From assembly GCF_030684315.1 (NCBI RefSeq), contig NC_081394.1:13312658-13376657 (forward strand): a DNA stretch of 64,000 nt. The letters are read 5' to 3'. Positions 13,200-24,605 of this stretch are shown piece by piece. A model generated the notes under the pieces. The model saw nothing but the letters and a program-made list of their open reading frames with translations, did no database searches and was not told where the DNA came from. This DNA comes from Stegostoma tigrinum. Lineage: Eukaryota. The position numbers and the translations under genes were made by a program. Within the stretch, counting starts at the first letter, position 1, and every line of letters begins with the position of its first letter.

Positions 13200-15950
13200 A
13201 AAAACACATTGATCGGCATTACGTAATTAGGTCTAGCATTAAGTGGAGCAGTGGCTATCACAACATGCAGCTTGTTGAATGCCTCCTGAGCCTACACTTT
13301 CCACTTGAATATTCTGCACTTCTTCAACAAGTCAGTCAGTGGAGCAACCACACTGCTTAAATTCTGTACAGGCATCCATTAAAACATAACCAATCCCCGG
13401 AATCGTAGTAGTCCTCTTCCTCAATGATTTGAGAAACTCCCCAATGATCTTTGTTTGCATGTCCTGTGGGACCATCTGCCCATGTCCAATAGCATGTCCC
13501 AGGAATGGGACTTGTGTTTTTGCAAATTCATTCTTATCACCAAGTTTGCCTGTTAAAGTCGATCAAACGAATCCAATAGATGCTGCAATCATTCATTCAA
13601 TGTATGACGAAAAAAACTAGGTCATCGAAGTACATCATAGAATTGGGTAATTCAGAAATGATGTTGTTTGCTTAGCTTTGAAATATAGCTGCCAGATTTT
13701 CCAAACCCAATACCAAGACGTTTAATTGAAATTGTTTGTTTACTGTCATGAAAGCCACTATTGTCTTCACACATTTGGATACAGTTAACTGTCAGTGCCC
13801 TCTGACTACGGCCAAATTATAAGTGCAAATTGTTTGACTCAACTTCTCAGTATTGTCTTCCAATCACAGAAACCATATAAATAAATCGTTGCAATTGCGC
13901 TGACTTTATGGTATTTCACACAATATTGTTCGGTTGTATATGTTTTGGCACCATTACTGCAGCGGGAGCTCCAGTCAACTAAACTCACTTGGGTTCTTCT
14001 GTCTTTGAGCGTGTGTTCAATCTCTTTTCTGCATCTGTGCCAACTCCAAACCTTAAGTCTATATGGATGTTGCTTAATTGGAACAGCAGTTCCAATATCT
14101 ATATCATGTACAATTAGATTGGTACTTCTCAACTTATGTCCACATATCTCCTCATGTGATTGCAACAACTTTTCAGGTCACTTTGAAATTTCCCGAAGGG
14201 AACTCTGTAATTTATCCTACTTTTTGAAAACATCCTTTTTGTCCAATTAATGTGAGGAGTGCCCAACTCATAATCCACTGAATGTCGTTCTTAAGACTGT
14301 GTTTTAACAAGTAATATATTATCTTTTTTTTTGCTTCCACTTCAAAATATCTTTTCAGGATGTTTCGTTGACAAGTTCTGTGAAATTTCTCTCACCATAC
14401 TCAACGTCCGTTCAGTTTGTAAATTCAATAAATCTTGCATTTCAAGATTTAGCTACCCCTGGAAGTAACACTTTCATTTTAACCTATATGAGCAAAATTA
14501 AAAGGTTTTTTTTGATTTCCTCTCTGCTTCACATTTCATCACATGCTGCGCTACTTTTAAGCGACAGCCAACTGAGACATAACTTCATTTTTCCGATTTT
14601 AACAATAGCGTCTTCCCTACCCTTTTCACATGCATGCAGTATTTTTTGGTTTTTTTTTTCAGATTTAGCAATGGACACTGGTTACTCTGTATGGCACCTG
14701 ATTTTTTTTTAATGAAAAACTCGACCTCACAAAGCTACTGAAATTTCCATGACGATTTCCAAAGCAATGGTATTTTGTCTGATTAAATCTTCTCTAAAGA
14801 ACAAGTAAATTCAATACAGAGATAATTTCTTATCTATCATGACCATTCCAAATACACACTTCAAGTTCTTCTTGAACTTTATATAAAGGAACATCGATAT
14901 GTGCTGTCTACGTCGCATTTAACAACACATCTGTTTCCTTTGAATTCTCTGGAGTGTAATCCAACTCCTTTGCCAAGAAAATAGTTTGATTATCCCGCGT
15001 AATTCTGCTTGTTCTTATCTGATTGAGTACTTGTTTGTAACTGAAATAAATGCTGATTTTATCCACTTTACATGAAAAAAAATACACTTGATTTACTTAG
15101 GATAAAATAAATGATGTACTTACCTCTAGGATCTTCATTGTAGCTAATGTAGCAATCTAACCTGTGCAAATTTACCTTTTCAGGATCTTTTAAAATTATT
15201 GTTTTGCATATATTAGCATGATCTTTAGCAAGTCGCATGGCTTATCCTCTGTGCACAAACATTCTGAAAGAATGTGCCACATATTGCTAATACAGAAGAA
15301 CTTTGAATTCTAATTTTAACCTCCACCGTCCATTCTTTCCATTTCTGAGTTCAGTTAATACCTTAGGTGCTTGTCGCCATCAATGTTTTACTTTGATACT
15401 CACTAGGCTTAATTTTTCATCCTTACTATCCCTCTTAAACCTACCAGCCTGATAGAAATAAAGCTATAGTTTAGGAATTAATTTACAAGAGTGAACAATT
15501 AGTGCTATCTGTCAATTAGTTAGAATTCTCTAATTCTCAACAGAATTCTAAACATGTGAAGTAACGAGGTATTAACGCTGCCATGATTGCATTGGGGGTT
15601 TTATATGCATTTTTAAAAATACAATGTTCGTATCAATCAGTAAGGCCTACTTCTCCTAACACTTTTGTATATGAATTTTTTCTCCCAAATGCTTCAGGCG
15701 ATAATTTGCCAGCCACAAATACTCAGCTTCATAATAATGGGAAAAAAAATTACATTTCCATGTGAACATAAAATACTAAGGCACAGCAGGAGAAATTTGT
15801 AATGTTTTAGTCCTTTTTTGTCTAAACATTGTATCAAATGACATGAGAAAGGCACATCCACTTTTTTGTCAACATTTGTTTGACTCATGAATATATATTT
15901 TGCATGACTGAGCTTCAAGTTAATACTCAAATTAGTAGCAGTATGGTCCG
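13200..15950 (-). mobile_element. Decayed Gypsy element, Gmr1-type (gag - pro - partial INT - RT/RH)
   Basis: Minus-strand gag remnant (DKKVDVPF ~ DEKDVEAFF) at ~15870; INT C-terminal remnant ~14300-14700; PIKQHPYRL in ORF 13839..14168; YFDDL catalytic motif at ~13618-13635. Confidence 0.85.
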
Positions 15951-16348
15951 GAGTAATATGTAATGTCTCCTGTTTCTAGAGCTACATATGGACTGCTTCA
16001 CACCTTCCTGTGTGTTCTCTTCTCCTTTCGTTTCTATTTTATCTCTTTGTTAATTTAAATCAATCGCATATCCCATTCTGTTTTTATTTTTCTCTGTGCT
16101 TTCTTTGTGTTGTTGTCCTCTTTGGGATTGAATCTCCTGTTTCATGTTTTTCTTCCAATTCTCACCTCAGATCAAGCTCAGCTAAGCGTAAGAACACAGA
16201 ACCTGCAACCGACCTTCACAACCGAGGTACTATGTTCTCATGTTTTCACTGAACACAGAAAAGGATGGAATAGTAGCACCAAACTTAAATGAAACCTGAT
16301 CATTCGTTATGATAAATGACCAGTCTTGCAGAACATGCTCCATTCTTA

Positions 16349-16506
16349 NNNNNNNNNNNNNNNNNNNNNNNNNNNNNNNNNNNNNNNNNNNNNNNNNNNN
16401 NNNNNNNNNNNNNNNNNNNNNNNNNNNNNNNNNNNNNNNNNNNNNNNNNNNNNNNNNNNNNNNNNNNNNNNNNNNNNNNNNNNNNNNNNNNNNNNNNNNN
16501 NNNNNN
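16349..16506. other. Assembly gap (158 N)
   Basis: Run of N, followed by CA-rich sequence. Confidence 1.
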
Positions 16507-17766
16507 ACATGCGCACACACAGTCCTTTGAAATAAGGGGTTAAAAAGAAATCATTATGGATGGAACTAAAATTTGAACGAAGGAAGACAATAGCAATTCT
16601 GGGGTTCAGTAATCTCAGCTCAGAATATGAGTGTAATGTTCTTCAGTTTAGTCAACGTGTTATATGCTGTTTCTTTTGATTCATAACTCAACTAATTCCA
16701 TTGTCAAGTCAAATGGTAATGCCCACTCCTGCTGGCACAATGATTCATTCATTTGAAATTGCTCATGTATTGAAAAAATATGTCCACACTTTTCCAATTA
16801 AACAGTACCTGGACATTATCTGAATGAATTGTTAATTATATTGTGACCATTGTATCCTGAACTATCAAAGTCTTAGACAAGTTACTCTCGTTCAAATAAA
16901 AGTACTGTATTAGTCTAGCCTCATATATTATCAAGCTAAGCCAGCTGAACAATTCCTGAAATTCCCATAGAGCGGAAAACAGTATTTTATTGATGACAAT
17001 TTCTCTCCACCATTTACGTGATAAAATTCAGGAATAAATAATAATCTTCATTTGCCTGCATTATTGCAGCTGCAACTAAAGTGAAGAGGCTTACTGACAA
17101 GCACAACGGAATATAACAGTACAAACCCTCATGAACTGATGTCCAGATGGTCTAGAGTATGCAGTGAAGAAATTTACAAAGTTTCCTTATACAGATTTCA
17201 TTTAACCTATGATCAGTTGAATTTGGAAGGGGAAGGGAGCAAGTAGATGGGAACACTGCTAACTGAAACTCTGTCAGAATGCTGATAGTCATGGTGAAGT
17301 GTTTGATGGCGACTAAATTTCTGGCCAGCTGGACACTTTTTGACAAATAATTGCTGAAATATAATTTAGCTTATGCTGATCTCTGTCATTGAAGGGCGCA
17401 TTCTAGCTAAACATGTTGCAATTGTGTACTTTTTCATATGTATTCTCTGCTCTGATCGTTCATAGACACTAGCTACTGACAAAAGCTCAGAAGAACTTTT
17501 GATTATTATTTGCTTCATTCTTTTTATTTTGTTTTAATGCTATATATATCTGAAATTCCAAGCAGGAGTGTTATTATTTCTTATGAAACTTAGGATTTCT
17601 GGAATCATGATACAGTTAACTGTGCATTTCTGTTTGTGTTATTTTTGTTTACTTTAGTGTGATGTATGCTAGGTTTTACTTCGTAATGAACATAGCAAAA
17701 AATGTTGTGTGCATTTTGGTGATTACGTCCTCATTATCTATTGTAAGCTGACAAGAATATTTCAAT

Positions 17767-17820
17767 CAGAGGTAGTAAGAACTGCCGATGGTGGAGTCAG
17801 AGTTAACACAGTGTGGGGTT
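17767..17820 (-). mobile_element. Penelope-terminus tail fragment
   Basis: AGAGGTAGTAAGAACTGCCGATGGTGGAG...ACACAGTGTGG matches the reverse complement of the family tail (compare 61418-61470). Confidence 0.55.
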
Positions 17821-18779
17821 GATTCACCATAAACCCTGAAGACAGGTAAATAGAGTTCAGAGTAGAAGACCCCCTGGCATCAGGAGATAAAGAATTGTTG
17901 TACGCACTCCAAAACCTCAACAGAAATGAAGCCAGTTAAGAATTCTGAGAGAAAAAAAAAACAGCTCACCGAAAAGTATAGATTGAACCTTGACTAAAGT
18001 CAAAGCATCAGAAAAGACAAATTCCGCACAGCAGTGTGGGGAATTGTAACAAAAGCCTTCAATGCCTTCTTGGATTACTGGCCTGCTCAGACAAAAAACA
18101 ACCCAGAATGGGAATGGTTCAAGAAAGCCTGCATTGGAGGCCTGGGCAAATCCCTTCCTAATTAGACAAAGGTGACCTTGTTCATCCAGAAAAAAAAGGG
18201 AACCTTTAGAATGTTATGCCGATGCCACGTTTGCAGTATACAAAGAATGTTGGGGGTGGTCCAGAATCCCATTCGAGAAGTGAGATATATCGATGAAAAT
18301 TTAAGTTGGATTGGGTGCACATTTTAAAACAGTGATTGACCTGTGGTTGCTGGTTGGGAATGATTTAAAGAAAATACCTAGTCGGGGTCTAGAAGCAGAA
18401 AATAACGAAGGGAATGTTAGGAAGCTAGTGGCAGTTATTCATGGGATCCCAAATTAACAGGATGCTGGCTAGTCGCAAAGCAAGGAGAAATGGGCTTTGC
18501 TTGCCAGTAGGGAGGAAATTTCGCCAAAATTGATCCAAAAACAAATCATTAAATATGGGAATTGTGGGAAGCTGGGAAAGTGAGAAAAGAAGACTGTTGG
18601 TCTCCTGGTGGAGGCAAGCATGGACATGGATGAAAGCAGAATCAGGGAAATCCCCAGCCAGTTGCCAGCATAGTAAGCAAACTAACACAAACTTGCCGCA
18701 GGCAAGCAGAAAAACTAATCACGGACACGTAGTAGGTCGTAGACCATTGACAAATGGTAGGAGTTACCCAGACGTACAT

Positions 18780-18872
18780 TGTGCTCCTGAGATGCTGCTT
18801 GGCCTGCTGCGTTCATCCAGCTTCGCACTTTGTTATCTTGGATTCTCCAGTATCTGCAGTTCCATTATCACC
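18780..18872 (+). mobile_element. Penelope-terminus-derived short element inserted in the ERV gag/pro region
   Basis: TGTGCTCCTGAGATGCTGCTTGGCCTGCTG...GGATTCTCCAGTATCTGCAGTTCCATTATC, flanked by GTACAT repeats. Confidence 0.85.
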
Positions 18873-21526
18873 TGTACATAAGCACGCTGTCAGTGGGCTG
18901 GCAGTGCAGTGTGCTAATGTACACTGGAACTTTGATCATTTTCACTGATCTAGATTCACCATTATGTAATAAAGCATTGAAAATACAGGGTGTGGGTGGC
19001 GGGATTCGCCCAACCACTCTCAGCTAACGGGTTGACATAAAAGTTGCAGGTTGTGTAATTAATGTTTGTGTATGTAAAGATACTGAAGGCAGTATGCTAG
19101 GAATAGAATTATTGTAGCAATTTTGACCTTTAATTGAGTAAGAAATTCCTAAATTGATTGGAACTGCTGATTTTATTTTGGAATGGTGAGGATTCAATGC
19201 TTCTGTAATCTGTGCCACCACAATTCAATGGGAATGGGATTCCGAGAACACCAATCACAAGATGGCAATGATGCCCCCTGGCTTATGGTCAACTATCAAA
19301 ACCGAGTGCGGTAGATCAGACATAAACTATTTAAGCTACTTGATAATGCACACATGCCTAAAAAGCAGCGCTGCACACTATCCAATTTGAAGACATTGAG
19401 GTGATTGAAAAGATTGTGCAAGATTTGGAGAAACAGGGGATAATAAAAAAAGTTCCACTCTTAACTCCCCAATTTGATTAATGAAACAGCCCGATGGATC
19501 ATACCGACTAACAATTCACTTACAACAATCTAAACAAATGTGGTTGTAAGACAGTTTATATTGTATCAGATCCGACACTATAATGGACAATATGTGTCCC
19601 AAAGTCAAAATTATTACGGTCCTGTACATGACTAGCAGCTTCTGGGATTTGCTGATAGAGTCCAATCGTCAACGTACATTTAGCAGTGCCATTGATGGTG
19701 GGCTGTACACCTGGATGAAACAACAACAGTGATTCCACAACAGCCCGTCTAATTTTCACTCGGCTATAGCCGATTTAACAGCAAAGATTCCTAAAAAAAA
19801 GTGTTTTTTTTTGCAATACATTGTCATTATACTGTTTGTTTCTATTGGTTAAAAAAAACTATAGTACAGTACTGAAAACCACCAAAAGTTCTCAATTAGA
19901 GGTATACCTCAAGATTGCACAGTGAGTCAAATCAGAAGTGCCTAACCTAAGACAGATAATGACATAAGGCAGCCATAGCATTCCATTGGAAATGAAGTGT
20001 GCAATATTGCAAATGAAAAACAGCTAAGGTATTATTAAAGGTTAAGACAATTTAGAAGGCTACTTAATTGTTGCAGGACATTTGTAGAACTCTATCATGA
20101 TCTGGCTGGACACATGGCAAGACCTTACAAAAGCGGGGCGACCTAGCTCGAAGACGATTGACTGAGGACCTAAGCAGGAGATGGCTTTTGTCAAAATGAA
20201 ACAGATACCAGCCTCTGCACCAGCAATCAGACTCACTTTCACCTCCTTTGCAGTGAACGCTAGGTCAGTCAACCACAGTCGAGTTACAGAGACACGGAAA
20301 AGGCTCCAGCCTATGAGATATTAGTCAGTTAAATTGGATTGCTTATGCTGGAACAAGACTTGTTCAAGGCATCCAATGCACTACCTAGGTACTATTTCCA
20401 TCATCCACCTTGACAAAACTAAGGAAGGTGATATTACACTCACTGCATTGTACAATACATATATTAGAAGCTGACAAACTGAAAGGAGTTGCAAACAGTT
20501 GACAAGCCAAATGGGAAGCTGTGCTGTTGTCTATAAACTAGCATATAAAGTTGTTCAAGCTAATAGAGAGCATTCAGCTAGCTATGTGTATTTAGAAGGG
20601 CAGACAAATGATTACTTCCACGTCATGGAGCAGGAAGAAGAGAGACATGGTCGAGCTAAGGAAAAGCCAACAGAAGGGCTTGATGTGAAGTGCATGTATG
20701 TCGATCGAGTGGGCCATAGTTAATTTGAAGGAAGCTTCATCGCAGGAGGAAGCTCAGTGAACCAAACTAAAAGCACATACTGCTGACCTGCAGTTTGGAC
20801 AGGACAAAATGGTAACATCTACACAAGCAGTACATATGTCTTCACTGTCGTCTATGAGTGCATAATGGCTTGGACAAGGCAAGGTTACATCACTTGGCAT
20901 TGCTGTGTAATTCAGCACGAGATCCCATTTGAGAAACAACTGCATGCAGATTTTGAAACATTGGAAGTCGTCTTAATTAAAATAAAATCCCGCAGAAAGA
21001 TTCAGAAATCAGAGCAGCATTGAGCAATTTAGCAGGCAGTGCAGAAAAAAAAGCCAGAAAAGGAACCAATAACAGTAGCAGTGGTGAGAGAGGAAGAGGC
21101 CAAAGATGATCAATGAAAAACTTTAAACCTACAAGCAGCAGCTAGCTCAGAGGGAAAGGGCAGATGGATTTTAGACAGGACAGTGTTAGAAGCAGATGAT
21201 GTTTGGAGAAAGGAAGGTAAGGTAGTAGCTCTAACATTATGCCAACTGATAACATGCAATGTTTATCATGGATTAGCACACGAAGGAAGGGATAGAATGA
21301 TACAGATAAGATCTAATTGTTGGCAGTAGAAAGGAATTGGAAGTGGGTTGCTGAATTTTGACAGATGTGCACTGCACAAGGCACTAAATTAAATTTTAAA
21401 AATACATCAGCTCCATGCATGACGGCCATGGGAAGACATACAAATGGATTGTATAGGACCATTTCTACAATGTCAGAATAAGAAATTCTGTCTGCTCATG
21501 GTCAACTGCTTTTCCAGATGGGTTAG

Positions 21527-21655
21527 TAATGAAGGGTGTAAGCCTGAAACTTTGAGGTTCCTGCTCCCCTGATGCTGTCTGGACAGCTGTGTTCCTCTGC
21601 TCCCAACACTATCTTGATTCTGACTCCACCATATGTAATTCTTGCTTTCTACGAG
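21527..21655 (+). mobile_element. Decayed Penelope-terminus short element inserted in the ERV integrase
   Basis: TAATGAAGGGTGTAAGCCTGAAAC...CCTGCTCCCCTGATGCTG interrupts the integrase just after FSRWV. Confidence 0.7.
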
Positions 21656-22422
21656 ATCAGTAGAAGTTTTCAGCACAACGGCCGCACCGGAACATTGGTG
21701 TCAAAGGTATTGGCAGCCAAAAAACAAAAAAAAAAATACCGGGGTGGGCTTTGCATCACAATTAATCTCAGATCAAGATATGTCATTCACAGGCAAGTGC
21801 TGACAGGAAGCATGAAAAATCTCGGGAATAATACAGAAGTATCATATCCCCTAGAATGCACAGAGATCAAGTATGCCAAAGAGATGAACAGAATGCTGAA
21901 AGATGGTCTGACCAAGGCAACGATAGAAGAAGGTGTTTAATAGGCCATTTCCCTACCAGCCATTCTTACGGTCCAGCGGGAAACACTATCGAGGTCCACT
22001 GAACTAAAACCCTTTGAGCTTTGAAAGGATGAGAAATGACCCTTCCCCAGGTCCTTATCATAGCTTGAGCACAGCTGACAAGCATCAAGAGACAAATCTA
22101 GGATTACAAGCAATCCTTCTGTAATCATTTACACAGAGTTTACGGTGTGGCACAAAACCCGCAGTTTGTTAAGGACTGGGATTCTGAGAGATGCCCAGGA
22201 CAAACAAAAATGGCAGCCCTGGATTAAAGGTTTTGATGTAAAATATCTAAAGCAAGGGAGCTTTCTCTCCCTTATGGACAGACCTCATGAGGTAATAGTA
22301 ACAGGTAAAGGGAGCTCATTTATGATTGTAAAAGAATAGGGAAATGGAAACATCCCATGCAGCTAAGGATATATATGTGTTAAAAGTATAATAGTCCAGC
22401 GTGTTAGTCTGATATGCTTGGT

Positions 22423-22424
<2 letters not shown>

Positions 22425-22476
<52 letters not shown>

Positions 22477-22481
22477 CTCTC
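22425..22481. repeat. (CT)n microsatellite
   Basis: About 22 perfect CT units plus a degenerate tail. Confidence 0.97.
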
Positions 22482-22599
22482 TTTTATCCCACCAGCTTGT
22501 AGTTTTTAAAGGACCCTCACTTTGAAATCACCAACAAGCTGCAGGACCAGAAGCCTCGACCCCAGGGTGCCACTTTGAATAGATTAAGGTGGTATGTAA

Positions 22600-23750
22600 A
22601 TTTATGTGACATGACTTTGCAGTGGCAAACAATAATGAATATTACTATTATCATTGTACGCATGAAAACGCTAATACCATATTAACTCTTCTTAATTTTT
22701 ATCCCATAAGAGGATGGCAGGTGAGTAGATAGAAGGGATATTCATGCCAATACATTTTTATACATTTTGTATGCCTATCCTAAACACAATAATGTTTCCA
22801 GTTGTGGAGCTGTATGCACATCCCAATCTGATCCACCCTTTCATTGCCTTTGAACTAGCTGAATGAGGCAATACAGTATCACATGCCAGGGTTTTGGGGA
22901 AGGACACAAAATGCCCAACCAGGGAAATAAGATATGTCATCCACATCACTTTCCACTACATCCAATGCAAATCAGCAAGGTAAGGCCTGACTGCATTTGC
23001 AGTGCGGTACCAGCACAACTATAAGATTTCACATCAGCCTCCCTTTGTCACACTGAATAGCACTTTCAGAATAAGTAAAATTTAAAGGGACATATCTGAG
23101 ACAACTGAGAGCGGTAATTAGTAACTCTATTCAGAGATATAAGGTCACCCCTCTGTTGTTACTTCATCGATGTCACCCCAAGTTTATCACGCTGTTCTCC
23201 ATATGCAATAGCATCTATTTTATGTGTAGACACAGAGGCTATGTCTGACTACTAACATCGTGGACAGGATCATCAGACTTGAGCTTTATGGCACAGTTCA
23301 TGCGCCAAACGATGCCTTTCCTGATCTATCCTTGCTAGAAGTGCATAATTGTGCAATCTCAGAAAGTAAAAGATTCTTCACCATATTAATGTCCGGGGAT
23401 TGTAAAGCCAAGCTAGCCAGACAATCCATCTATCTGGCCACTGTCGTAGAGCAAGTGGCACTGTCACCTCACAGGTTCTCTGCAAGATAAATGGAGAAAT
23501 GGTCGCCATATGAATCATGGCACGATAGAACTAATTTGCCCCAGACTAGACATTAGTCGAGAAAAGGGGCACACATTCACTCACTAGAAAGGAGTACTTT
23601 GAGTACATCCCTCATGAGTAGGAGGAAATTACTAATGAGGCCGTGCAGATAAAAGACTGCTTATGCAATCTGATTTAGACTGTTGATTAGTAATATCTTT
23701 GTGGCTGCAATCTGGACTAAGGCCTAAGGGGAGTTCTGCAAGTGTGGCCA
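22600..23750 (+). pseudogene. env: Retroviral env remnant (gamma-type TM with immunosuppressive domain)
   Basis: IYFMCRHRGYV*LLTSWTGS (SU C-terminus, ~23213); AISESKRFFTILM (fusion-peptide region); EMVAI*IMAR*N*FAPD*TLVEKRGTHSLTRKEYFEYIP is a decayed LQNRxALDxxLAEKGGxC..CX6CC-YIP (~23496-23615). Confidence 0.8.
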
Positions 23751-24102
23751 AATACGGCTAAACAGAATAAAACAACCTGCTCCAGCAATAAGAAACAAAG
23801 TGGCCGGCAAGGGATAAGTAGAATTAAACTGCCTGTTTCAGCATTTAATTGAACCATAATGATACGTTTGAACAGGGCTACTCCAACATGAATGAGACAC
23901 CCTGCAAACATCCATCCAAGGCAGTTCAATACAGAGATTCCTAGGGATAGACAAGTGATTATTTTCAAACTTATTAATGAACGGATGTTGTCCCATTGAA
24001 TGAATAGCACCATTTACAACAAGGGATGCAAAACAACAGCTCATAAACCAACCAGCCTAACTCATTAAGTGGCTCTCAAATAATAGTATGATGAAGTCAA
24101 TT

Positions 24103-24233
24103 CTGAAGAAGGGTCCAAAACAGAAACGTCAGCTTTCCTGCTCCTCTGATGTTACTTGGCCTGCTGTGATCATCCAGCTGTACACCTTGCTTTCTCAGAG
24201 TCTCCAGAATCAGCAGTTCCCACTATGTCTGAT
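24103..24233 (+). mobile_element. Penelope-terminus short element with hammerhead-like head and tail
   Basis: CTGAAGAAGGGTCC..GAAACGTCAGCTTTCCTGCTCCTCTGATG...CAGTTCCCACTATGTCTGAT. Confidence 0.85.
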
Positions 24234-24440
24234 TAAGCAATTAGTTGTTTCTTTGAAGCCATTCACGATATTAAGGGATAGGTACCCGTCAAAGATTCCT
24301 CAGAAAATCAGAGATATATTTCAACAAAAGTGCAGATATACCTATAAACAACTTTTAATAAATGGATACGGTTAAAGAAAAACCTTTAAACTTCGATGTG
24401 AAGTTAATTAGTTTCAGAAAATGCTTATCTTATCTTTAAA

Positions 24441-24605
24441 ACGGTAGTAGATTCGCCAACTTTAAGTACATTTAAGTCGTCATTGGACAAGCATATGTAC
24501 GTACATGGAATAGTATATGTTAGATGGGCTTGAGAGCGTTATGACAGGTCAGCACAACATCGAGGGCCGAAGGGCCTGTACTGAGCTGTAATGTTCTATG
24601 TTCTA
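24441..24605 (+). mobile_element. CR1 3' UTR fragment
   Basis: Near-identical to 35260-35420 (GTAGATTCGCCAAC...GAAGGGCCTGTACTG..GTAATGTTCTATGTTCT). Confidence 0.92.

Noticed and set aside
16230-16543. Several ORFs spanning poly-X
   Set aside because: Artefacts of the N gap.
16510-17760. 5' LTR of the ERV
   Set aside because: No visible similarity to the putative 3' LTR at ~24850-25330 and no clear PBS.
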